From positions 10,478,001 through 10,542,000 of the forward strand of contig CM106585.1 in the NCBI GenBank assembly GCA_048013815.1: DNA of 64,000 bases, written 5' to 3'. Every line of letters begins with the position of its first letter. Position 1 is the stretch's first letter. The DNA comes from Setoptus koraiensis. Lineage: Eukaryota > Animalia > Arthropoda. The translations under genes were made by a program, and so were the position numbers. Of the stretch, positions 23,627 to 36,053 are shown one piece after another. The notes beneath the pieces are model-generated. The model was not told the origin of the DNA, made no database searches, and saw only the letters and a program-made list of their open reading frames with translations.

Positions 23627-26071
23627 TCACCAAAACATCCGTTCGTAGAAATAAAGATAACCAAACTCGGTCGGAGGCTCCTCAGATATCGACACTTTGC
23701 TGTCATTGAAAATGACCCACCGATCGTCTTTTTTTATATGACAAACGTAGTGTCCACACATAGTCGATGTTCCCATGTGAGATATGAATGCCTTGAGCTG
23801 GTAAAATTTCGGACCCGTATCTGGCTTGAAAAGTTTAAGCTTGAAAGCATCGTGCCTTATGGCGACTGCAAGATTTTTGTTGCACGTAGGAGGGTTGAAA
23901 ATATAATCTATAGCTCGTTGTGGATCATTTTCTGATTCCTTTAGAGCTGTTATTGCCTGGGTTTCCTCTATTCCCATAGATAATAGAAGTGACATTGCTT
24001 CCGGATCAGGCTCTATCGACGTTGTGCCTCGAGAACTTGTTGGTTGTGAGACTTCTTTGATCTCGCTACTGTCCTGGGGGCTGTCCCCATTAAGCTCTTC
24101 TTCGTCTGGTTGTAAACCAGTGGCAGTTAATTCTGTCAAATCCAGGGTGTGGGGCACGTTAAATGCAACATCCAATTTTCTAGGTACCCAATCATCTCCC
24201 AGTTGAAACTTCTTCATTTGAAATACGAAATATTTGGGAAAGCGCGAAATTTTTGTTGTTTTTTTTGCAGTTGTATGGGAATTGGTAGCTGAAGAATAAA
24301 AGTCTTTCAATGTTTCCGGCCTAGAAAATTGATCAATGCAATCGACAAGATTGATTTTTGGTCTAACAAGTTCTGGCTGCTTAGCATCCGACTTGGGTGC
24401 AGCATCAGCAGCGGCTTTAGCTTCCTTGTAAGCTTCCACTTCGCTTTTGTTTGTGGCACTATCTAGGTCCACATGGAGAGGTAGACAATAGTCAACGCGG
24501 TGAGTATACTTGACCTTCTTTGATACATCACATTCAAATCTATCTTCGACGACAAATTCGAAGGCCTTTGTTGGATTAGTAGTTTTTGAAGATTTTTCTT
24601 CGCTTTGTTCTATTCTTGTTCTGCCATCGCTATCGTTACGCTCGATCAAATCAATGAGGTAGAGGAAGAATTCTTGAGCATCTTGTTGGCGTTTAGTTGA
24701 AAAATTCGGATTCTGCCCACAGACGTGGTGTTTGAACTTTTTTGGTGCAATACCCTGCTGTATTCTAGCGTCTCCTTCGCAAGGGTCTGGATCTGAGTAG
24801 CGTCCACTAAGGAGGCCATAGGCTAACTTGGCCATCTGATGGTTGAAATCGGATGGTCCATCACACAGTTGATAAATTGGAATAGGGGGATAGTAACGAT
24901 CCTGGAACTCTTTAAGGCTGAATAGTACTTGTAACAAAGAGTTCATGTAACAGGAATTTCCCAAATTGATCAAACCGGTATAACCGGGTCCAGATATTGG
25001 TTCCAGTTTTTTGCCTTCCTCTTGCATAATGGACCATTCACCAATTTTCTGATTCATATCTATTTCCAGCTCAACAGTGGATTTTTCTGTTTTCTTAAGA
25101 GACTGGATGTCTATACCAAAGTGAGCTAAATGTTTGGCCAGGTTTGGATCCTCGACCATATCTTCCTCGGGATAGGAATACACATCTGCTCCAGTTTCGG
25201 TAATTGTGCCCAATTTGACTGCAAGCGGATGACGAAATTCTTGATAATGTTCAACGGCGTGATTATTGCCACCAGAACCATCAAAGAATCTTCTACCGCA
25301 CAGTATTGAGCCGTCGGTTAGATTGAGCCAGAGATTTGTGGTGAGTTCACATTTTTCACATTTCCATCCGGAGGGCGGAATTTTGGGTGCCGGTGTCACT
25401 TGCTCCAATGAGTTTGCGTGGATGGAGATCTTTCTCTTTTCGCCGTCCCAAGTTGCACTAAATAGGCTCTGTTCCTGCATATGTTCGTCTGCCGACACCG
25501 CTTTCAAAATTGAATTCACAGACTCTAGAACTAGTTCGGGCAAGTCCGGATTAGGCAATGGAAACTCTGTCCTGGATGGCATGATAACAACAGAATTAAC
25601 GTCTTCATATCGGTATTCCTTGGCCTTGGCGTCAACGTCGAAACCGCCCTCCACTCCGATAGCCAAACGTTTTGGTTTGCTCTCTGAGCTTTCGGGTTTG
25701 TCGATCTGAGAAAGAAAAAGTGTGAGTTTTCTATTAGTGAGCTGCGTGAGAAAGGGGCAGGCAAATTGAGAATGTAACGCCATGACATGGCGAAATCAAA
25801 TCAATGTGCCAATAATTTCAGTTTGAGAATAAAACTGTCAACAAACCTTGTATTTCATCCGTTTCAAATGTAGGTATACTGCGTGCCCGTAACGATGGTA
25901 ATAATAATCGAGAAAATCCCTGCCAACAGCCTGAAAAGTTTTCATACAGATGTACAAGCCTCCCTCTGATTCCGGGGTGTCAAACGAGCACATACACTCA
26001 TCCCTCTGAACGAAGTGGGTCCCACTCAGGGCTATCTTGATGTGCCCGAAGTTGTTTGTCAGAGAATCCAT
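23627..26071 (-). CDS. USP5: Ubiquitin carboxyl-terminal hydrolase 5/13 (isopeptidase T); exons 26071-25847, 25705-23627 (767 aa)
   Basis: N-terminal cryptic ZnF (RDECMCSFDTPE); ZnF-UBP (CEKC..NLWLNLTDGSILCGR..HAVEHY); Cys box GLINLGNSCYMNS; His box HMGTSTMCGHYVCHI; one UBA domain. Confidence 0.95.
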
Positions 26072-27280
26072 ACTAATTAGCTAATTCTCTTGGTGCCTCA
26101 GGTAAGCTTAGGTAATCTTCTTATCTCTTATTTGTCTTGATGCCTCTTTCTGAATATATCTTTGATGGCTGCACTCACAATTGTCAATCGAAAGAAATGA
26201 TAACATGAGACTGTCGACTAATCTGTGATGATATGCACTAAAAAAAGATGCTCTCACTGTTGGTTTCACCTAATCAACTGCGCTGGGTTGAAAGGGGTCT
26301 CTGGCGTGCCGTGAGCTTAACTTATGCTAATCTGTTCCAATTTGGCTGTTAAACTCTCAAGACAAACCGATGCCAACTGTGACTATCATCTATCTGCTCA
26401 CTTTAAATCGATAATTTGTGCAAATGCACACGATACAAGTCACCATCCACTCACAAGCATTGCGGCAGCTGAGATGAATCCATTGCACAAGTACTGAGTG
26501 ATTCGTAAGTTATTGCCCACAATTTGTGCCCAATATTGTGCATAATAATTGGCTAAATAATCTGTGCACCCAAGAATCATGGCGAAAAGTGGCGATTGGC
26601 CATGCCATAAAACACACTTATGCGGCACATTTGTTTTATTTTATTTTTTATTTTTTTACGCAAGTTTCGTTTGCGCCGGTGTGCCACGATCAGAACCGCA
26701 ACTGTTACGCCCTCGCGGTTGTTCCCGCCTCTGTATTTTTATTCAAAACTTTTCGAACCGGGACGGAGCTCTCGGTCCTCACTTAACATAACAATTGTAA
26801 TTCAAAAACGCGACCCTCGATTGTTATGTTAAGATCTTTTTCATTTTTCCCCTTACATTGTTTGTGTTTATGTATGGATGAAAGAAAAAAGGCAACCGCT
26901 CCATTTTCACATGTAAAAACTCCACAGAATTTTCCCCTTCTGAGAGAGACAAATAAAGAAAAATGTAGTACATCAGATATCAGAAAAAGGGCTTTTAATA
27001 TTTCGGGCAATTGCTGCTATACTCAACATGCATTTCCCGATTCGAATTGTTTATTAGTCCATATTGATTAATCATGAGAGAAAAAAAATGATCTGATGAC
27101 TATAACAGAATATATGTATATATATATATATATATATATCTATCACTATTTGTGTGGTTTCGATAGAAGGATGTAATCATAATAGTTGCTTCATAATGAA
27201 AGAAGTTCGAGTGTTTTCGAAAAATTTCTAGCCCAGAAATGCCGACAAAAGATAGACCCTTGATGACCATCACAGTACTA

Positions 27281-29719
27281 TCAGACATGCTTATATTTAG
27301 ATTGGCGCGTTTTAGTAGGTTCGCCAGTTCCAAACACCGGCAATAACTGGCGGTTGACTTTGACTCGGATAGACGCTTCAGAAAGTAGCTCTCCATCAAC
27401 GTTCCAGCTGCTATATCCTTCATCTTCCTTCGCTCGATCTTCGGCGTTTACATTCTGGGATATATCGGGACTGGCAACAAAGTCGAACTGCCTGCAACGG
27501 TAAGCATCGACATACTTGAGATCAAACTTGAGATAAATGTAGAAAAAAAAAGAATTAGTCATTAATATTATAGAAGCTAATGATAAAGTCATTACATGCT
27601 TAAGAATATGTAGACTTACTGGACTTTTCTTTGTCCATCCTGTCCTTAATAGATAGTTTAAATACTGAATCCTAGAACAAGAAGATACAAGTATAAGATC
27701 AGCGCAACCATTTCCGAGGTGATTGTTGGGAGATAAACCTTTTTTAGTCTGAGGACAGCGGCAAGCCATGACTGCAGTGTTCACACCAATGAAAGAGCCT
27801 TTCTTTCTAACTATGACATATTCTTCAGCATTCTCTTGATTACCATCTTCTTTGCAGAGTGGAACATCGTCACATAAATCTTCATTATTATTGACAGTTA
27901 GATGATTATTGTTCATGTGGCATGCTGCATAAACACTAGAAATACTTTTGCTTTGAATGCTTTCGCCACTATTGTTGTTATTGATTCTATCATCACAATC
28001 AGAGTGATTAATACTGTCACTACTAATGTTGGTCTTGCAACTTTCAGAGGCCTGCATTTGTTGGCTTTTCAATTGAGTTGTCTCCTCAGGTTGCGTGGAC
28101 TTTTCAACAATAGAATGGGAACAAATTGAACAATTTTTTTCGCATCGGGAGCCATCAGAGGGTGAGCCATCCTTCGGTGAGAGTACGATTGTGATTTCAC
28201 CAGAATAACTGCGATGCCGTAAAATATTCTGGGCGGCGCAAACGTCATATCTCTTTGGACCCATCCACCTCAAGGAATCTGAGTTCTTGATAATATCACC
28301 GAAGTAACCATAGCTTACAAAAGTACTTACAAATCTGAGTATATTATGATCTTCTTGTAATGAGTGTACTGAGCAAATGTCTATATTGACCGTTCTGCCA
28401 AGAACCATATTGAGAGCCGCAGTTGTTGAGTCATTTGTACCAATAACACCAAAAGAATTTGCATCTGTGGAGCCTGCACCTATAACTCCTATCGGCAATA
28501 TTGGAGACTCGAGCCTCCTTCCAATTCCGCCCAATCCTGATTTTAATTTAGATATCTCGATAGTATTTAGTTTATCCTCTTCGTGAGAACTGTTTTCGTC
28601 GTTTGTCATGTATTTTCTATTTGCTCTAAAAAGGATTCCGTTCATAAGTTCCCCAAACATACCATCACCTCCAACACAGATGATCCCATTGTACCTGTTT
28701 AAATCAGTAGTTGAGTTTTCAATCATTTGGCGAGCATGGTTTGCATACTCTGTCACTATCACCTCAGTATTTATATTTGCAACATCGAAAATGTATTCAA
28801 CTTTATTTTTATATATTTCCAGGGCTCGTCCTTTGCCACCATACGGGTTTATGAAAACGAGCAAACTTTTAGGTCTACCTTCGAATAGAGTCCTGGTGGC
28901 ATGCTTTATTTGCGAAGCCAATTCATCGATCGGAGTTCTCGTAGTATCCTTAGATTTATTGCATATGCTATTATCGAAAGTACTTGAAGGTTCTATGATC
29001 AAAGATTTAAGTATGAGCTGCCGACCTCGAGTAGCTTTCTTTTCAATCACATAATAAAGTTTAACCACTTTGACCGATTCACTTGCTTCTGACAGATGAT
29101 TTTCGCTACCGATATACTGCGACTCCTTGTCTTTCCATTTTTCAGTCTTGTCTCTTTTATCGATGCAAAACCGAGACTGCTCATTAATTTTCCTATCATT
29201 GGTCTGGCTCGGATGCACTGCTAATTTATTCAAAGAAGAGGCAGATTGAGCAGAGAAAGTTCCGCTTTCATTGCTACTTTCCGCATCTACGAATCCAAGA
29301 CTACCGCTTTCACCAGATACAGGGGAAGGCGATTTTGACGACGAGTAAGTAGATGATGATCTTGCAGAGTTGTACTCATCAATATTTTCCTTGTCTACAG
29401 TGGTCGACAATGGTGGACTCGAGTCTTGCGCTAATTTGTCATCTATGTTTGCGCACAAATCACATTGAATTGACTTTTTTAGCTTCAGAGAACTTTTTGA
29501 GCAAAAACATGTCTTGACAGAGATCAAAGAACTAAAATTGATTTTCTTTTGCCTTGAGAGTCTATATTTCGCTGACCGCTTGTGCACTGACTGATTTTCG
29601 CTATCCGCAGTGGGTTCTTGATTGGAATATACCAAAACCAATTCTTTGTTTTCACTTATCGATAGAATACATGGTCGACAATTTATGATGAAATTTCCCT
29701 TAAATGATTGTAGTGACAT
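27281..29719 (-). CDS. CERK: Ceramide kinase; exons 29719-27620 and 27526-27281 (781 aa spliced)
   Basis: DAGK catalytic motifs VFINPYGGKG, CVGGDGMFGEL, IGAGSTD, GYFGD, LRWMGPKRYD; CERK-type CxxxCxxC (CEKNCSIC) and CRCPQTKKGLSP..HLGNGCADLILV. Confidence 0.92.
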   Translation of the reverse strand: MSLQSFKGNFIINCRPCILSISENKELVLVYSNQEPTADSENQSVHKRSAKYRLSRQKKINFSSLISVKTCFCSKSSLKLKKSIQCDLCANIDDKLAQDSSPPLSTTVDKENIDEYNSARSSSTYSSSKSPSPVSGESGSLGFVDAESSNESGTFSAQSASSLNKLAVHPSQTNDRKINEQSRFCIDKRDKTEKWKDKESQYIGSENHLSEASESVKVVKLYYVIEKKATRGRQLILKSLIIEPSSTFDNSICNKSKDTTRTPIDELASQIKHATRTLFEGRPKSLLVFINPYGGKGRALEIYKNKVEYIFDVANINTEVIVTEYANHARQMIENSTTDLNRYNGIICVGGDGMFGELMNGILFRANRKYMTNDENSSHEEDKLNTIEISKLKSGLGGIGRRLESPILPIGVIGAGSTDANSFGVIGTNDSTTAALNMVLGRTVNIDICSVHSLQEDHNILRFVSTFVSYGYFGDIIKNSDSLRWMGPKRYDVCAAQNILRHRSYSGEITIVLSPKDGSPSDGSRCEKNCSICSHSIVEKSTQPEETTQLKSQQMQASESCKTNISSDSINHSDCDDRINNNNSGESIQSKSISSVYAACHMNNNHLTVNNNEDLCDDVPLCKEDGNQENAEEYVIVRKKGSFIGVNTAVMACRCPQTKKGLSPNNHLGNGCADLILVSSCSRIQYLNYLLRTGWTKKSPVSLHILKHVMTLSLASIILMTNSFFFYIYLKFDLKYVDAYRCRQFDFVASPDISQNVNAEDRAKEDEGYSSWNVDGELLSEASIRVKVNRQLLPVFGTGEPTKTRQSKYKHV

Positions 29720-32700
29720 CTTCGAACTTCTTGATTTCTTGCCAACGTTAGAATTGTACTTGTTAATAAATTGGATTCATGTATAATTCATGAGAGCTTG
29801 AAGTATATTATTTTATGTTGATTGCAGTAAATTTCCGGAGGAATGACTGTGAAATCTTAGTTCTTTCACTGGATGATAACAACAACTTCTGATTATTTTG
29901 TTGAGATGTCGATTTCGCATGATGTGTTCAGAAAAATGCTCACTTTCAACTATGAAGAATGATAGTAATACAATTTAACTTGATCATCGATCTTGGATGA
30001 CCTTGAGTATCTTGAAGTTGTACTTCTTTCTTATGTCTGATGATTTAAGATGTTGTCTCCATAATCTATGGAACTCTAAATTATTGATTACTTCAACTTA
30101 AGTCATGATAGATGGTAGCAAATGGATGTTTCACAATGTCTGACATCTAGGCGTTTGAATCTTGCTCCCTCTAAGATGCTACATTCACTAAGTTGCTAGA
30201 ATGCTAACGATATTCAATATGGTGGATAGTCACAATCATGCACACAAAGGTAAAACTTGAGTAATTTTCTGACGCAAATTCTTCTCGAATTGGTTTCACA
30301 TTAGGTAACAATTATTGAGCCTAGAAGCGATAACCTGTCTTGGGTGATGGAGCTAACTCACGTTAGTTCCTTGTTATATCCTTGTTTGCCTAAATCCTCT
30401 GTAGATCTGTGGATACATGCGGTATGCATATGGGTAGTGAGTTGTTGTTTCGTGAAGTTCTAAAGAAGCTAGTTTTACGAGTCTCAATACAAATATAAAA
30501 GGGGTTGACTCAAGATGTTCTTATGTATTTAAAGGTAAATGGTGTGTAGCTGGTTTAAAACTGAAACACTCGGTTATCTAATGTGACATGTTTACATCTA
30601 TAACCGGTTGAGGTATAGGCATGACCTGCTTGAAAGTCAAACGTCTGAGATGTAATGAGTATCTAATGGCTTGAAATTTATGCTGCTTTAAGTTTCGTGC
30701 TCTCTAAAGGTCGAGAGTGATGGTGCAACATGTAGCTCAAAGTGATGTTATTTAGTTTTCACGGATGATGATAATAATAATATCTTGGTGTCAAATAAAT
30801 AAGTAGAAGTATTGAAGTTATGTCGTGGTTAAAAGCCGATTGAGTCAAAACAAGTCACCGAAGTACGTGCCGTGTGATGTATTGTTAAAATATTCCTGAA
30901 TTCTTCAAACAGCAAAACATTGTAATACAACAAAAATGAGATTTGACCCGACACTCAACGAGAGACTTGTTGACTTGTTGGCCGATTGTAAGGTTAATTG
31001 CTTCGCCAATATCTGCAGCTTTTTTATAACGTAGACAATCTAAAATAGTATCAACGTAGCAAGTCTTGGTGTCTGTAACTAAACTTCCTACACGTAGATA
31101 TAATTCAAGTGACTGAAGTAACTTTTCACTAGTCAAGTGTATAACAACTAGAACTCTTAAGATTTACATCTAGTACTTCTATAAGAACAACAAACTTTTT
31201 TGGGCTGTTACTTCCACGTTACACTCCACACGACATTAACCGACGGCCAGCGAATTGCAGAACAAAGAGATTGTTGATTGATAGCTACTATTGATATTGT
31301 TGTGTTGTTATTTGTTGATATAATGAAGAGTATCTGCGAATTTTATGTATCTGCTGACTCAACTAGTCATGCTATGTCAGATTATCGTTGCTTATGTTGC
31401 ATACACTTGATGAATATCTTATTACCTCTTCTTGTAGGATTCAAAAATAGACCTCAGTTTTAACTTAACTGCCAATAATGATGGTATGGACGCCTTGCTG
31501 TTTCTGTTAGATCTAATCGAATGAGGTATGAGAAAGAGTACCGTAACTAACTCCGGACTGTTGTAAATGCAACTCCCGAGATCATTACAGTCGAACTGAG
31601 AGAATATAATAAGCTGTACAAAAACTTCCCTTGTTGTTGTTGCTAACAGTAAGAGTATGTATGTTCTCTTGCGTAGACACTACACTCGTTATAACAACTT
31701 TGTTCAACGGTTAGAGCCAATGTTGAGTTGGCAGCAACAGCAGCACTACCACCACTAGTTGGACTATTCAAATTTGATATTGTTGGAAGAAAACCAGTAT
31801 TTTACTTTAAGCTTATAGTATTCAAAGCGCGCTAGATGTCAGCTACTGAGACAGCTTGGCTGGCTAAATTAAGACTGTTACTCTCTTTCCTTTTTTCCTC
31901 TTCCTTTCGTTTCCCGTCTTTTTTCCAACTTTTCTACTTGAACTTGATTTGTTTGGTTATATTATTGTAGATGGTGGCTAATTCATCTTGGATGCTATAA
32001 TTAGTATAGTATGATCTAAGCGCGCACGCAATGCACGAGGAAGGATAGTTTTTCAATGCAAGTTGTTAAATGTATCATAATGTCAAGACTAGTGTGTGAG
32101 CAGTGTTACAGTTGAAGTTGGGGGAGTAAAAATAAATTCATTTAATAATAATAATATATATATGCGGTTGTATATATAAGTAGTTTGATTGGTAAGCTAT
32201 CTGTTGAGTTTGTCGAGCATTTGTGAGCTAATAAGTGTGAGTTTGTTCTATCAGTTTCCTAGTTACTCATGATCAAATAATAAATATACAACATTTTGAT
32301 GACAGGACGACGACGAAGACGGCAACGGCTAGATCGCGCGCGCATAATTCATGTTTTTTTCTTCTTTTTTCTTTTTCTTGCTGTTTGGCGTTGTCTTGTT
32401 GAATGCTATATAATGATGTGACTTATGCAGTACAAAACAGATTTTTATACGATAGGATGGAGTCACATCACACGGTCATAGTGATCACATAACGATACGA
32501 AGAATATTATGACTGTGATTGTTGTCATCATGAGATAAGCGGTTAGACGTTTCCTTTGAGGGTCGCTGAGTTCGATATTGTTAGCTCACAAGTAAGGCTA
32601 ACTGGTCATCATTTGATTATTAATTCAGGGCTTCGAATTGCCTGTTGACTTGTGCATGAGAGTACAATAACGTCCTAGTGAATAATACTTATAGAGTAGT

Positions 32701-34589
32701 ACTTTGTGCACTAATAGCGATAAAGCGTAGCGTGTTGATTGATAGCAAGGGGGACAGTGTAGGGGCTCTGAAAGGGTTCAGATGACTTGAGATTAGATGT
32801 TAATAATACATGCAGAATGTTGATTTGACAGCATACTCATTTAGAATATACATGTATAACGTGATCTAGTTTTTGACATGATTTGTTAGTGACTCGACTG
32901 TGCTTGTGTTTATCGTCGTGTGTAAGCTATGCAGGCTGCGTTTTGCACTATCGCGTAATGCATTGAACTCATCGATAAGATTATTGTCGGATTGACTGCA
33001 GTGTTGTGATGTTTATCCCAATTTATCAGTGCTGTGCTAATAACGTTCACATTAACTTAAATTAAGTAAGTAATGCAATATTCATCGACAACTTGCCAGT
33101 GGTCGGGTTTAAAGTCTAGCCAAAATCCTATCCAAGTCGCTGTCATTTAATTCAATGTGGCACACGCCAAATTTGTGATTACGCTTGCATGAGCACAATA
33201 CAATATAATAATAATAATAATGGTATCAATGGTACGATTGTGCGGTGGCATTCATCGAGTGTCTCAATCAAATGATAATAATCTTGTCACAACTACTAAT
33301 TACGCCGCTCGTGCTGCCTGCCGTGCGCTTGTCATCCGATCGGTATGGCACATGCCTATCAATTTTAGGCAATTAATGATTTGGCAAGCTGGACAGCGAC
33401 GACGCTAGTGGCCTTCAGTTCGACGATTATTGCTTCTCTGCTCCACGGATTGTCGACTGTTCGACTGTGTTGTTACTGAATACTCAATACACAAAATAGT
33501 GATAATTTAAGTAGTGACGAAATGCTGCTTGCGTGAGAATTAATTGAATTGATCCATCCATCGAGTTCCTCTCTCATTCGAATAAATTGCCGAATGATCC
33601 CTCGAATAATTCCATGGCCCGATCGATGTTCGCTGCTTACCACGCTATACGTTTCGCTGAGCCACGCGAGCTGCTCTACAGCTTGTTCCACGACCCAACG
33701 AAAGGGGAAATAAAGGCGAGATAATTCGATTCTATTGTTGCCGTTCCGTTTTGTTCGATTCTAATAACGCCATTGTTCTATATTTACATTGAATACATTG
33801 AACACATTGAATACATTGAATACATTGGATATTTGCTAGACACTAACAACAAAATTAATCGAATTTTTGCGCAAACACATAGCAGCCATAATTGCTGAGT
33901 ATCGGAGTGTTTATAAACGGCAAGCGTTCACTACACAAACAGTTCACCTACACGTCTAATTTACCACCATGTGTGTGTGTGTGCGTCTACCAATAACAAA
34001 CGAGTGCATGCCGATGTGAGTGTGCGCGGCGCGGCGCGCTTGTTCATCTGTTCCATTGGCGTCTGCGTGATCGGGTGGCTGCTGCAGTTGCCAGTGTAAA
34101 CACTCCGTTTGTCTCCCAATGCTGCCCCCTATTGCATTGCATGCTAGCGGTAAGCAATGAGGCCACTGTGGCGCACAAACTATTCAGCATACGCCAGACA
34201 ACAGAGCGCCACTGTGCACACCCCCTTCGCAAAGAAACAACAAGCGAGGTGCATGAAGCGTGAAGCTTTACTCTACCCACCAACGTGCGCACCTGTGTCG
34301 TGGGGCATTGTCCGCACCCGGAGCCGCTTGCGGCTAAGCGCCAGACCAACCGATCATAATCGCGAATTTGCTTAGCTCATTCGCTCGAGCTGGACGACTA
34401 ATTGCGACTTTATATATACTTTGTGGCCTAACGAACGGGCCGTCTCAACTCTGACAATTGTGAACACTACTGTCTAATACTCCGAAATCTTCGTACGAAA
34501 TCTTTATTAGCTCGGCGGTGGTTGAATAGTCGATATTGTTGTAACCGCATAGCGTGCGGTTTCCGTATATCTCCGGCAAACTGTTTCGC

Positions 34590-34805
34590 ATGGGCGCGAA
34601 CAGTGCCCAGACAACTGTGCCAATCACTGTGGCACACAAACAAACTTGCACAATTGGTGGTAAGTGACTAGGAACTTTTAAACAAAACTAGACAATTATT
34701 TCTAGACAACTCTTTACTGCGAAACTTTTGACAATGTAAATCGTTTTCTTCTGTTCAGCTTCAAGTCAGCCGGAGCCGAATGGTTGCTCGAACAAGGAGC
34801 GGTGA
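34590..34805 (+). other. Candidate spliced transcript or 38-aa micro-ORF (exons 34590-34659, 34759-34805)
   Basis: Strong donor TG|GTAAGT and acceptor TTTTCTTCTGTTCAG around a 99-nt intron; joined frame reads MGANSAQT...NKER*. No homology recognised. Confidence 0.2.
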
Positions 34806-36053
34806 TACATTGAACAATATTGAAGTTCGTCTGACAACAACTGTGAGCTTAATGTATCACTATTTTCTGATGACAATCGAGATGAATGCAACTTTACTTT
34901 ACGACTCTCAGTTCAGATCGTTTATATTGCTTGATGCGTATCGCCATTTCATCAGGCCGACATTCGAGAAACTAGAATGAGAGCCAAAGCTTGTCATGCT
35001 GACATTATCACAACTTAATGAAACGGAACCACCGTCGTCTGATTCACAATCCAAAATTCAACAGTTAGTCTCACTGGGTGCACTGCTTCGGTAAATTAGC
35101 CTTGCGACTTCTCGAATACTCCAAACGAGCAGTTTCATTGATTTATTAGCTACACAACTGTCAGGTATTTCAAAATTCGACCGACAAAATAATTTTTCTT
35201 TAACTCGAGATTCTATGTTGTTTTGTGCACAATGGATGGTCGTTTTCGATTGGACTAATTTTAGCCTTTGAGTTCTTGCTGGACTAGATGGACTACCTTG
35301 CTGCTGACAAATTGTCGCAATGAGAGTGCTAGCATCAAACGGAAATGCTAATACAATTGAACAATATACTCATGTTTTGCTATCTCCAAATAAAAGTTGT
35401 CATTCAGCAAGTCTGAAGTTCAATAGATATACCGGAGCAAAAAAAAAACAGTCAGACATCTGATACTGTAACATAAACCTCGTATGAAAGTAGGCCGCGT
35501 GACTCACTGCTGATCACAAGTGAGCAGTATGGATTACTAATTAGTTCAAACTATCAGTTCAGCGACCCCTTTCTGAAAGCAGTTGATCATTTTATTAAGT
35601 ATCATTGCATATCAATGTATAACAATGCACGAATTAATAGCATGCAGCAACTGATTTTATATTTATAGATGAACAACTCTGAAAAAGGAGACATTTTCTC
35701 ATTAATACATCGCACATCATTGAGGTTAATGATCGATCGTCATTCTCATTGTTTGAGAATAAGATGATAAGCTTTAATACTGGATGACTCTTTGCTGTTA
35801 AACTAGGAGTCATATCAAAGTAAAATTCATTTGACGAGACTTAGTTTATCTTACTGTTGTTATGAAAAATGTTCCGTTGATTTTTTCTAACAGGAGGTTG
35901 TTTTCTCTCTCTAAATAGAGCCACATTTACTGTCTTCTCTGTTCTCGCTCTGGCTTTGTCGCACTTGATACATTTATACCGGTGTTTGTAGTATCGCTCT
36001 ACTTTGTTAAATGATCCGATCCTACGGATGACAATATTGTCTTGAATGCTGCA

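Noticed and set aside
26983-27045. AAAAAGGGCTT resembling the U11 5' end
   Set aside because: The match is only 11 nt and the rest lacks U11 structure and an Sm site.
30429-30441. ATGGGTAGTGAG matches the 3' half of miR-71
   Set aside because: The seed region does not match and I see no convincing hairpin.
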